From positions 124,620,001 through 124,684,000 of the forward strand of contig NC_042999.1 of the NCBI RefSeq assembly GCF_006345805.1: DNA of 64,000 nucleotides, in the 5' to 3' direction. Origin of the DNA: Octopus sinensis. Taxonomy: Eukaryota. Below, in pieces: positions 52,325 to 64,000 of the stretch. Below the pieces are notes generated by a model. That model searched no databases. It was not told where the DNA came from and saw only the letters and a program-made list of their open reading frames with translations. How positions within the stretch are numbered: the first letter of the stretch is position 1; each line of letters begins with the position of its first letter. The translations under genes were made by a program, and so were the position numbers.

Positions 52325-52750
52325 CTTTTATTTTTTCCCTCTTACTTGCTTCAGTTGTGAGACTGTGACCATGCTGGGGCATCACCTTGAAGAATTTTGC
52401 AGTCAAATGAATTGACAACAGTACTTTATTTTTTTTTTTAAGCCTGGTACTAATTTTATTGGTCTCTTTTGCTGAACTGCTAAGTTACATGGACGTAAAC
52501 ACACCAACACCAGTTGTCAAGCAGTAGTGGGGGACAAACACACACACACAAACACACGCACACGCAAACACATAAATATACATATACGATGGGATTCTTT
52601 CAGTTTCTGTCTACCAAATCCACTCACAAGGCCTTTGTTGGCCTGAGACTATAGAAGAAGACACTCACCCAAGGTGCCGCACATTGAGACCGAACCTGGA
52701 ACCACATGGTTGGGAAGCAAACTTCTTACTATGCAGCCATACCTGCACCT
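52325..52750 (-). mobile_element. Composite tRNA-SINE
   Basis: Same family as 13915-14325. Confidence 0.75.
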
Positions 52751-53584
52751 AGATATCCATGACATAGCACTTCTTGGAATGTCTCGCAACAACATGAATG
52801 TCACTTGCTGTACATGTGACAATGACTAACCTTTATTAGAAATCATGCTCAATGATAATAGAGATTAAAACTATCTGCAACTTGTTTTACAAAAAGAACT
52901 AAAGAAATATCCATCAGATGTCATAATAATCCTTCTCAAAACATTTTGGCATTTAAATACTAGAAATTTAGAATTTCTGTGATTTGTTGAATTCTAGATG
53001 TTCTACAATGAAAACAGCAAAGAAATAATGCAGTTGCTCAGAAATCACAAATCTCACAACAATATCAAAGTCTACTGCATTGTACTGAGTATTACAAAGT
53101 AACATTTGAATATCTTGTTGGCATTCTTTTGTCTCGGGAGACAATAGAGTTGCACATAAACTAATCCAGTCTGGTTTTTACATTTCATGTCCTCTCCAGT
53201 TTCCTCTCCAGTTTTGCGCAGGCCTGGGCTAGATGTAAGAAAGTCCTGGGTAGCCCAATCGTCAGGATTCCTCTCTCGACCTTGCTGACGTAGTCCAAAG
53301 GAGTGCAGAGCATTGTTTGGCACCTGCTTGGTTGCAGAAGCTGCTGGAAGAGTGTCAAGTTGAACACTAAACTGCCTGTAGGGCTCCACTCTGGATTTCT
53401 TTGAAGGTTGTCTCCTTTCTGTAACCCTGGATAGGGGCCCATACCAGGTACTATCAGCCGGACCCAGCTGAGCCTGGTACTTTTATATAAGCTTAAAGCT
53501 TATGGTGATCCCAATGCTTTGACTAAGGTGATTGCCATAAGCTTTAAACTTATATAAAAATACCATTATTAATATATATATATA

Positions 53585-53765
53585 GGGAGAATTCACAAAA
53601 AAAAACAAAAGATGAAGACAGGTGGTGTAGACAACAAATAGATGTATTAGTATAATGCTCGGAAAAGTGAAAAAGTCTTTAACATTTCAAGCCTACGCTC
53701 TTCCACAGAAAGGAACACAGAAAGAAACAAGGGGAGAAAATAAAGAATGTGTAGTGGCTAGCGAT
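53585..53765 (-). mobile_element. Second copy of the ~180-bp HHR-like repeat
   Basis: Minus CTTT-CTGTGGA-A-GAGC(GTAG)GCTT-GAAAT-GTT-AAAG at 53677-53712. Confidence 0.7.
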
Positions 53766-56143
53766 CTATCATGGCAAAGATACATATATCTTTTACTTGC
53801 CAGATCTTCTCAATCATGGCATATCTCCAAAGGTCTGTCTCTTGTCGCCTCTGTGAGGCCCAATACATAGTGTTTTGAGTTTTAATAGTGTCAGAGAGGG
53901 ATCAGGTTTAGTCCATTTAATTATGCTAGATATGTTATATGTCATGATGGCATTCCTATGAGCATATCAGGAGCTGTGGAGAGTTCACTTATGGACTGTT
54001 ATAGATGGACTCCTATTAGATTTAAAGTTTTCTTTAGCAAGGCACTTAAGTTTACTTGCATTTTTATCAAGAAAATAGATGAATTTTTATTTGGGTATTT
54101 AATCTACAACTGATTTTACCCATCCTATCTAGAGAGGCAGGGTTAGCATGTTCATTTAATTCATCAGTAACTAGAAATAAGTACAGGACCTTAATGTCAT
54201 TAGGTATCATCAAAATAGTTCACTTTATAACACTTTAGTTTGCTTGAAAGAGCAGTCAAATTTTTCTCAGATTTCCTCCACTTAACAAAGAGAAGAACAC
54301 CAAAGAAGTAATGTGATCTAGTATAAACTACATTTGCAAAAGAAAAAAATGAATAAATTAAGGCAGTATAGTCTAATCCTAAATATAATTTTGATTGTTG
54401 ATCAGCTTGATCAGTACTTATCAGGGGCTAAACAACAACAACACCTTGGTAACAATAACACTTCATAATCATCATCATCTTGGACTCCAAGAGAATGTAA
54501 TGAGATAGCTGCTCATGATCCCGAAAAAGGAGTTCTAAGAATGCTTCCACTTATGGAAATGCTGCTGAATAAAGTGTGGGGCTTCAGAAGGGCACCACTT
54601 CGAAGAAGAGTAAATGCCAGCTTGACACATGTAGTTTCTTTTTATAGCACTAGTCCTAATACTTTTTGATCAGACATACTCATGCCAGCATGGAAGGTGG
54701 ATGTAAATGATGATGATGATGATATACACACACACTCACATATACATACATATATGTGTTACCTAACTTACCATAACTAAATACCTAACTTTTTAAATGA
54801 TTGACTTTCTACTTCACCACGGGGCTTCTTTGATCAACATCTTCTTTCATTCCAAGCTACAATCAGCTAACAACCTTTTCCCCCAGCACTCTTCATCCAT
54901 TAACATTACATGTGCAGTGCAGTGCAGCCATTTATCTTACACAAACTGACCAAGGCTTCTAATAGCCTTGGATTTATTTCTCCCAGAAGCAAAGTATTAT
55001 TCAGATGAATGAGAATTTAGCGATGAAAAGCCATTTCTGAAAAATAATACACGAATGTCTCAACAGTAAATGATGACATTGATAATAATTGTCTCAAAGA
55101 ATCAAAACCATGGTTTATTGTTAGAGTCTGTTGACAGAGATACTGTAGCTAATGTTGATAAATGTCTATAGCATTATAATACTGGAGAAGTGTATACGAG
55201 AAAATCATGGCATGGTCTTTTAGTTACAAAACAATTAAATTACATTAAAACATACAATTGGGAAATCTTCATGAGAAGTTCAAAATTCTTCACTGATCAA
55301 CTTTCTTAAGACTCAAACTTCAAATTAACAAAGTGTCTCATTTTAACAAAGATTTTGGCTGAAATAGTTTGCCATTTAAAAGTTAAAATATAGTTTTGTA
55401 TAGTCTGGTTATTTAGATAAGGGCTGGAGAGAGTGTGGAATAAGTTAATCTATGTTCAGAATGAATTAATGAGAGACAATAGTGAGGGATGACATCCACA
55501 AAAAGAAACAATAATCAAGTTAGTGTTTCCATATTTAATGTAGTGAGTATTAAAGTTCTGAGGAGGTCTAATAAGAGGAAAACATGTTGAGTTGTTTCTC
55601 ATGCTTGCCAAAATAATTAGAATTGTATTGTCTATAAAGTACAGCTTATATGTTCCTCACAGACAATGAAGCCCCGATAAGCTGTGAGAAAAACTGAACT
55701 ATGAAAAAAATTAAATGTAATGTGGAAAAGAAACAACTGTTAGTATGGGCATGTAATGTCTATGGATGGTGGCATTTGAGCGGAGAAGTGCTGTGAGATG
55801 ATTGTGGATAGAAACTGTGGAAGAGGTAAACATGGGCAAGTGTCACATAAAAGGCACTTATGTACTTGTGCCAGTGCCACATGAAAGTGCTCATGCCGAT
55901 GCCATGTTAAAAACACCCAGCACACATTGTAAAGTGGTTGGCATTAGGAATAGGTATGTTGGCATAAACATACAGATCCTTGATTACTAAAGTACATTCT
56001 AAATTCCAAAACTTGGCTTTTATTCAGAAATGGTTAGTCACATCTTATTCTGTTTCAAAGTAAACACTTAAATAATGATTTGTTTTGATTAGGTATCTTT
56101 TAAGAAAAAGCAAGTATAGTGGATTAAATTGATTCACAACATG

Positions 56144-56601
56144 TTAACCCATTAAAGGCCATAATTCAACTATGGATATTATTGATAATTTCTTTTACAA
56201 TTTCTTAGCTCCTAAGATTATATTTTTCCTGTTATATTGCTTATTTTTAATTGTAAATCTAGAGAATACTTTAGCTTTTTAGCATTCAAACCAGCCATAT
56301 TCAGCTGAATTATCCTACATGTTTTATGTTAAAACCAGCCAGATCCAGCCTCTCACATCTACCCTACAATGTCCTTTAAAAAAAAAACAATCACATCATC
56401 AAATTCCCAAAGCTATAAGATAGCGTATAGTCAATTCAAAACAATGTGAATAAATAAGCATTACATTTGACAGAATACTCTGAATGCTAAAGGGCTAAAT
56501 ATGAAGTATGTAAAAAAAAACATGAAAATCTTTATAATAGTGTTTATATTAAATTTAAAATATCTGTCCGAAAAACGAGATATTGGCCCTTAATGGGTTA
56601 A
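56144..56601. mobile_element. TTAA-flanked piggyBac-like MITE with a second MITE nested at 56271-56498
   Basis: Outer TTAA-CCCATTAAAGGCCA ... TGGCCCTTAATGGG-TTAA; inner ttagctttttagcattca ... tgaatgctaaagggctaa. Confidence 0.7.
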
Positions 56602-57184
56602 TGCTGTTTATTTTATTGACCCTCAGAATCAGGGTCACTGAGAGGAATATTTTTCTTTGGGTACAAATTTTTTTCAATCTCCACCTCCTAAAATGATGCA
56701 TTTCCATACAATGGAACATTGGCCTCCAATGGGTTAATGCTATTTATTCTATTGACCCTCAGAATCAGGAGGAATTTTTTCAGAGAATATAAAGCATTTT
56801 CAATACCCATCTCCTAAAATAATGAGCCTTCATAGAATTACTGTCTTGGAACCTCCATGCAACTGCTTGAACTGCTATAAAGAGCAGCAAAATTGCCTCA
56901 AAATGAATGCTATTATCTTAAATAAAGAACAGCTCATTGAAAAATATAGTTCCTGGTATTAAAAACAGAGGCAGTATGGTCATGGCTGAAAAGCTTTTTA
57001 ATCACAGGTCTGTTATATCAATGATTAGTAGTAGGCAACATTAAACAACATTAAACAACAAAAAGTTTTGGTCAGCTTGGGGAAATGATAGAGGACATTT
57101 GCCCAACATGTCATGCAGTGGGATCAAGCCAGGATTCACACATTTGCGAAGCAAACTTCTCCAGCATACACACAACACACACAC

Positions 57185-57700
57185 AAATACATACATACAT
57201 CCATGCATGCATGCATACATACATACACATACATACATACATACATACATACATACATACATACATACATACATACATACATACATACACACAGCCACCA
57301 TGTCTGTATAATATACTATACATGAATAAAGAGTGTATTTCTATTTGCTTACTGTTGAATAAATATAGGTTATAATGCCCTCAATACAGTTTCATTTTGA
57401 GATCTCTGCTCACGGCCAATGTACATAGTAGGAGGTGATGTAGTTATACGTGAATGTGATCTGTATAGAGAAACATCAAAGGGAAGAGCAGATTTGTGCC
57501 ATCTGCGTAGGAGGGCATGCAGTATATGTGATAGATTTAATTCATAGGTGGGAAAAGAGTATATTTAAATAATATGATTGTTGTAGTACAGAATAGGCGT
57601 TTTTGATTTGCTTTTATGTGTGTGTTTACAACCATAACCTTTTGTTTTGAAGCTAACTGTTCATTACTAATATTGTACAAACATACACACATACACAAAC

Positions 57701-57774
<74 letters not shown>

Positions 57775-58196
57775 AACGCTAATTTAGTACACCTTTCTGC
57801 AAGAGTGATTAAAAGCCTCAAAGTAAAGCCAAGCATGCATGCATGTCTCTGTATGTGTGTGTGCATATGTGTGTGTGTGTGCATGCATGTGTGCAAGCAC
57901 ATTTAAGTGTGGTTATTTGTTGGTGCACAGAAATATTAATATATACATTAGTGTGTATGTGTTCTTATATTGACACACACTCACACATACACACATACAC
58001 ACATATACGTGTGTATGTTTATATATGCTTGTGTATAGATGTATATCTGTATCAATATATACTAATACAGGTGAGTATGCATGCACATATGTATAATCTG
58101 TATATATATATATATCAAAGTATCAAAGTATATATATATATATATATACATACAAAATATATATATACATATATACATATAATATATACATTATAT

Positions 58197-58274
<78 letters not shown>

Positions 58275-58351
58275 ATTCGTATGCACACATCTATATATAT
58301 TTATGTAAATGCAGCATATATATATATATATAGGTGTACACACATACATAT

Positions 58352-58382
<31 letters not shown>

Positions 58383-58456
58383 CATATATACATATAATAT
58401 ATACATTATATATACATACATCAACAATATATATACATATAAACAATGTATATATA

Positions 58457-58488
<32 letters not shown>

Positions 58489-58500
58489 CATGAACATACC
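57185..58500. repeat. (CATA)n, (CA)n and (TA)n microsatellite cluster
   Basis: Direct reading. Confidence 0.9.
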
Positions 58501-59145
58501 CATAGATGCATAAAAATATATTATCTATACCATTTCTATTTTACATAAGAAACTGCCAACATGATTTAGAAAAATAACAATTTTAATTAATCTATAAAAA
58601 CAATTCAAAGATTGTTTCAGTTCAATGCACATGAATATGAGAAATGCTTGTTGAGGTGAGGTGAAGGATTGCTGGTTCAATTTTAATGCTTCCACCCTCA
58701 GTTTACTTTGATCTGCAGCTAATAATTCAGAAGCTTCCTTCAGATATTGGTAATCCCCCCATAAACAAGATGAGGTGAGCTCAGTTGTTGTTTAGGAGTG
58801 AATTATTTAATTTAGCTCAAAACTGTCAGTTCCAAACCAACGAAATTAATTTGCTATGTCATAATCATTTTATTTGAGCATATGATCTTTGCCTTTAATT
58901 CTCTTTCTCACTTCTTTCTCCCTTCTTTTTCTTCTTCTTGGGACTTGATGTGTGTGATCAGCACTTTACATGATTTTATATATATATATAAATAAATATA
59001 TGTAGAAGTATATACAGATACACATACGCACACGATACATATTTATTATATCATATTAGATTATATTATATTAATATTTTTATTGCTGTTGCTGTTCTGC
59101 TGGTTTTTATGTTGCTATTGTTTTTGTTGTTGTTATGGTTATTTT

Positions 59146-59147
59146 AT

Positions 59148-59215
<68 letters not shown>

Positions 59216-59235
59216 TTATTATTATTATTATTATT
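59146..59235. repeat. (TAC)n/(TAT)n microsatellite
   Basis: Direct reading. Confidence 0.95.
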
Positions 59236-59385
59236 AAGGTGACTAGCTCACAGAATTGCTAGCATACTGGACAAAATACTTAGTAGCACTTTGTCCATCT
59301 TTATGTTCCAAGTTCAAATTCTGCTGAGGTCTACTTTGCCTTTCATCCTTTTGAAGTCAATGAAATAAGTACCAGCTGGGACCAA
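59235..59385 (+). mobile_element. Nin/Meta-like SINE fragment
   Basis: gttccaagttcaaattctgctgaggtctactttgcctttcatcc...aaataagtaccag. Confidence 0.65.
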
Positions 59386-59424
59386 TCAAATATTTTTAAA
59401 AGATATCATCATTATGATCAACCT

Positions 59425-61150
59425 TATTATTATTATTATTATTATTTATTATTATTATTATTATTATTATCATCATTTTTTCATAACACAATGTAGATAA
59501 AAATGCACCGGAGTCTTTAGTCATCTGTCAAGTCACAACAAGGACCTCAGACAGATAATACTTTCCTTAAGATGTGCACTGTGCCCAATAAGGCTGCTTT
59601 TTACAAGACCTCAATCTTGCATGGGATTTCCAGTTGCCTTAAGAAGTCTTGAAGTTTTAATGGGATTGAGCCCAATGCTCCAATCACCTTTTACATTATT
59701 CTCTCACATTCCATACAGTCTTGCCATTTCCACTTTCAATTCAGAGTACTTGGCGATATTTTCAACCTCTTTACTCACAACATTCATGTCATTTGGTATG
59801 GCTACATCAATGATCTGACAATATTTGTCTCTCTTACTCAATATGACAATATCTAGCTGATGGTGTTTGATTACACAATCCATCTGAATATCATAGTCCC
59901 AGAGTATCATTACCTTTCCATCCTTCTTCATACCTTTACTTGGTACATGCTCATACCAGTTCTCTGTTATTTCATATTGGTATTTACAGCATAAGAGCCA
60001 AAGAAGATACACACACATTTTATCATGGTGGCGCTTGTATTCTTTTTGTGCAAGGCTCTCACATCCACTTACCAAGTGGGTCACATTTTCCACATGCTTT
60101 CCACAGAGTCTGCATTTCTGGGTGTCAGAAGTTTTATAGTTGTTATACTTCACTGAATTGGTTGCGAGAGCAATGATCAGGCTTTCGGTGGTACACTGCA
60201 AATCACCTCACTCAAGCCATGCCCATGATGCTGTATTATCCTTAACATCCTGTGTATTCCTTTCAAACTGTCCATACATTCTCATTTCAAGAAAGTCTTT
60301 TCTCTTTTCCTCAACACTTTGGTTAAACTCTTCCTTGCCCATCATTTCATCTGCATTTACACCCATATCTTTTGCAGCATACTGCAGCAGGTCTTCATAA
60401 CTATTTATCAAATACTTTGCAAGCAATCTTTTTCATTCCATATACAATGGTCTATACTAAATAGTCCAATGCTACCATTCTTTCTTTTCATATTTATTCT
60501 GTTTATGTTCGCTTTAGGGTATAACGACCCATGCAGCGTCATCAACTCTCTCGTCCTTCTATCCAGTGTTAATATTTCCTCCTTAGTCCATTTGAGGATG
60601 AACATGCTATATCTGACCACCGCAACTGCCCAGATATTGATTGCGGTAATCAAATTTTTGGCATTCAGGTTGGATTTCAACACCATCTTCACCCTTTTTT
60701 GATACGTCTCACTTGACTTTCATTTCTCTATGTAGAATGTCATCCAGCTCCAAAATCCCTAAATATCTTTACCCACTACCATCAGGTTCACCCATGGTCT
60801 CTTCTGATGGTAACCACAATCCTCTGCAGGATGCTTTCTTCCCTCTTTTCATTATTAAGTACTGAGCATTTGGTAATCCCAAATTCCATACTGATGTCAC
60901 TACCACACTTCTGAACTGTTTTGGTTAAGGAATGTCTCTGTTTTTCATTGAAAAATACAGAATACGTCTTAATATGCACGCATAACCAACTTTTATCTTT
61001 TTACATATTTCAATTCACAATTACATCACTGTACATAAATCCCTTCACTAAACAAGTTTTTCAAAACACTTTTTTTTTTGTGTGTGTGTGTGTGTATATT
61101 CCCCTCTCTTTACCAAAAGCTGAACAATTATCTCCCTTGCCCACAGCAAT
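59425..61150 (-). mobile_element. 5'-truncated R4/Dong-clade retrotransposon ending in (TAA)n
   Basis: ORF 59704..60201: CRLCGKHVENVTHLVSGC...HDK...ILWDYDIQ...DIVI...IIDVAIP...K.AKY.EL (CCHC plus PD-D-x-K endonuclease); 60408..60692 LNAKNLITAINIWAVAVVRYS; MEFGITKC; C-terminus AALLGTVHILRKVL. Confidence 0.9.
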
Positions 61151-61386
61151 AACAGTAATAACAATAAGGAATTACCTCCCCTCATTTTTCTACTCATGAA
61201 GTCATTCACTCGTAAATATCATCACGCACAACATGGACAAAAATGTCTTCTTAAGAAAATACTATTCAAATAAGTAAACCTTAATATCATGAATAGCAAA
61301 AGTGAAACCGGTTAATATATTAAAATTTATATTAACACTAGGAAAAGTGTGTATATTTTCCTTTTTTAATTTCTTATATATATATA

Positions 61387-61419
<33 letters not shown>

Positions 61420-61426
<7 letters not shown>

Positions 61427-62790
61427 ATGTACAGAGAACAGCTTCTGTCACATCCAGGGAGGAAAACCAGAAGCAGTTGATAGCTTCTGTTACCTAGGGG
61501 ACCAAGCCAGTAGCAAGGGTCGATGCTCTGAAAGTCTAGCTGCTAGAATAAGAGTAGCCTGGGCAAAGTTCAGAGAGCTCCTACCTCTGCTGGTGACAAA
61601 GGGCCTCTCGCTCAGAGTAAAAGGTAGACTGTATGACGCATATGTACGAACAGCCATGTTACATGGCAGTGAAACATGGGCCGTGACTGCTGAGGACATG
61701 CGTAAGCTTGCAAAAAATGAAGCCAGTATGCTTTGCTGGGCGTGTAATGTCAGTGAGAAAAGTTGGATTTAAGAAACATCTGATGTGGTGTGCAAGAGAG
61801 ACAACTGCGCTGGTATGGTTATGTGTTGTGAATGAATGAGGACAGCTGTGTGAAAAAGTGTCACACCCTAGTAGTTGAGGGAACCTGTGGAAGAGGTAGA
61901 CCCAGGAAAACCTGGGATGAGGTGGTGAAGCACGACCTTCGAACACTGGGCCTTACCAAAGCAATGACTAATGACCGAGATCTTTGGAGATATGCTGTGC
62001 TTGAGAAGACCCAACAAGCAAAGTGAGACCATAGCCCATGGCCTATGCCAGTGGGTGTAACCAGCCCACTTATGGATATCCCTCCTTCATTGGACAATAA
62101 ACTTTGCTTGTGTAGACCTGGTGAGGGAAGTGAAATCAAAATCAAAATTGCTGATGTGGCCAATGACAGTACAACCTGATTGGCACTCGTGCCAGTGGAA
62201 CATTAAAAGCACATCCAAACATGGGGTGTAATCAGCCCACTTATGAGCACCCCTCATTCATTAGACAATGAACTTTGCTTGTAAAGACCTATTCAGGTAA
62301 ATGTAAACAAATCAAAATCGCTGACATGGCCGATGACAGTACCTCCTGATTGGCACTTGTGCCAGTGGATTGTAAAATGCACATCCAAGCATGATCATTG
62401 CCAGGCCCACAGACCGGCTCCTGTGCCAGTGACACATGTAAAGCACAATTCGAGCGTAATCATTGCCAGCATTGCCTCACTGGCACATGAAAAACAACAT
62501 TCGAGCGTGTTCGTTGCCAGTGCCACCAGACTGGCTCCCCTGCAGGTGGTATGTAAAAACACCTTTTGAGCGTGGTCATTGCCAGAACTGCCTAACTGGC
62601 CCTCATGCCGGTGGCACGTAAAAGCACCAACTACACTCTCAGAGTGATTGGCGTTAGGAAGGACATATAGCTGTAGAAACTTTGCCAGATCAGATTGAGC
62701 CTGGTGCAGCCTCTGGCTCACCAGTCCTCAGTCAAACCATCCAACCCATGCCAGCATAGAAAATGGACGCTAAACGATGCTGCTGCTGAT
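61420..62790 (+). mobile_element. RTE LINE 3' fragment with long 3' UTR and (GAT)n tail
   Basis: ORF 61832..62026 MNEDSCVKKC...GRGRPRKTWDEVVKHDL...DRDLWRYAVLEKT. Confidence 0.88.
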
Positions 62791-62809
62791 GATGATGATG
62801 ACGATATAT

Positions 62810-62901
<92 letters not shown>

Positions 62902-63030
62902 TATATGTATATATATATATATTCATGCAATTATACATATACATATGCATATATGTATATATAATATATATATATATATACATATAGATATATATGTATA
63001 TATTCATACAATTATACATATACATATATG

Positions 63031-63104
<74 letters not shown>

Positions 63105-63176
63105 TATATACATATACATATATATATATATTCATGCAATTATATGTATGATGCGTGTGTGTGTGTGTGTGTGTGT

Positions 63177-63208
<32 letters not shown>

Positions 63209-63215
63209 AAGGATA
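62810..63215. repeat. (TA)n/(TG)n microsatellites
   Basis: Direct reading. Confidence 0.95.
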
Positions 63216-63624
63216 TAAATACACATATGTTTTTAGACATACAATGACATGTTCGAAAACATTTATTTTTTAACCAAATTATGCATGGAGATAAGGGGTT
63301 TCCTTTGTTGCTTTTCTATTTCTTTTTTTTTTTTGCTTTCCTCGAAAGAGAGAGAGAAAAAAATATTATTAGATTAGTAGTAGAAAGAGGAGAAGAAAAA
63401 CAAAAGAGAGAAGGAAGAGGAGGTGAGGTGGAGAGCAAGAACAACAACAAATACAGATGCAAAACAACAACTACAACAGCAACAACAATACAGTGCAATG
63501 CAACACAAAGAAGAAAGTCAAAGTTGGCAATGTTGACAAAGACAATGAAAGCAATGACAATAGTGATAGTGAAAGTGGAATGCAAGAGGAATATTGAAAA
63601 ACAGTGAATGCAAATATATATTCA

Positions 63625-63634
63625 AATAATAATA

Positions 63635-63675
<41 letters not shown>
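63625..63675. repeat. (TAA)n microsatellite
   Basis: Direct reading. Confidence 0.9.
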
Positions 63676-64000
63676 TAAAATTTATAAAATTAGAGTAAGA
63701 AATATCCTGTGAAAATAAGCCTAAAAAAATAAAATAAAGTCACATTGATAAGGAAATAAAGAAATATGACAAATAAACATATATATTAATTAAAAGAATC
63801 ACAAAAAATCTTTCTGCAAACAAAACTAGCAAGATAATCAACATGGTATAATTTGAATTTCATATCATCCAATAGTATAACAGGATATGTGTCATTTCTG
63901 CACTCTGTAAGTGGTAAAAAAATAAAATATAGCACCTACATATATTCTTCTAGGACAGCTTGACATATGTGTCAATTTCAATAAACTACTGTTTTGGTTT

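Noticed and set aside
53880-54660. Faint R4-like peptide (YNISSIIKWTK) and a 65-codon open frame at 54472-54668
   Set aside because: Too decayed to call by eye; needs a tBLASTn or HMM search.

Overview
This is a 64 kb, AT-rich eukaryotic window made almost entirely of microsatellites and transposon relics. The mix of (TA/CA/GATA)n tracts, tRNA-headed SINEs and RTE 3' tails ending in (GAT)n strongly suggests an Octopus (cephalopod) genome; this is pattern recognition, not a database match. I cannot support any host protein-coding gene, and most long ORFs in the track are translated microsatellites. The real coding relics are two R4/Dong-type non-LTR retrotransposons (one near full length), many RTE LINE fragments, one complete but decayed mariner plus a fragment, and a decayed Penelope-like GIY-YIG endonuclease. 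The most notable signal, which the ORF track does not show, is a set of hammerhead-ribozyme (HHR) motifs in at least four to six sequence-unrelated small repeats. One is a tRNA-headed SINE with a HHR tail, present three times with Penelope-style inverted junctions. Another is a 559-bp unit bounded by ~117-bp direct repeats that carries a HHR with a canonical core. Together they suggest a set of non-autonomous, ribozyme-carrying (retrozyme/pLTR-like) elements that may be mobilised by Penelope-like elements. Other structures are nested TTAA MITEs, a 39-bp-TIR MITE, a ~157-bp x3 G-rich repeat, and a near-identical 1.62-kb tandem duplication that may be an assembly artefact. All coordinates and folds were read by eye; repeat boundaries are approximate.
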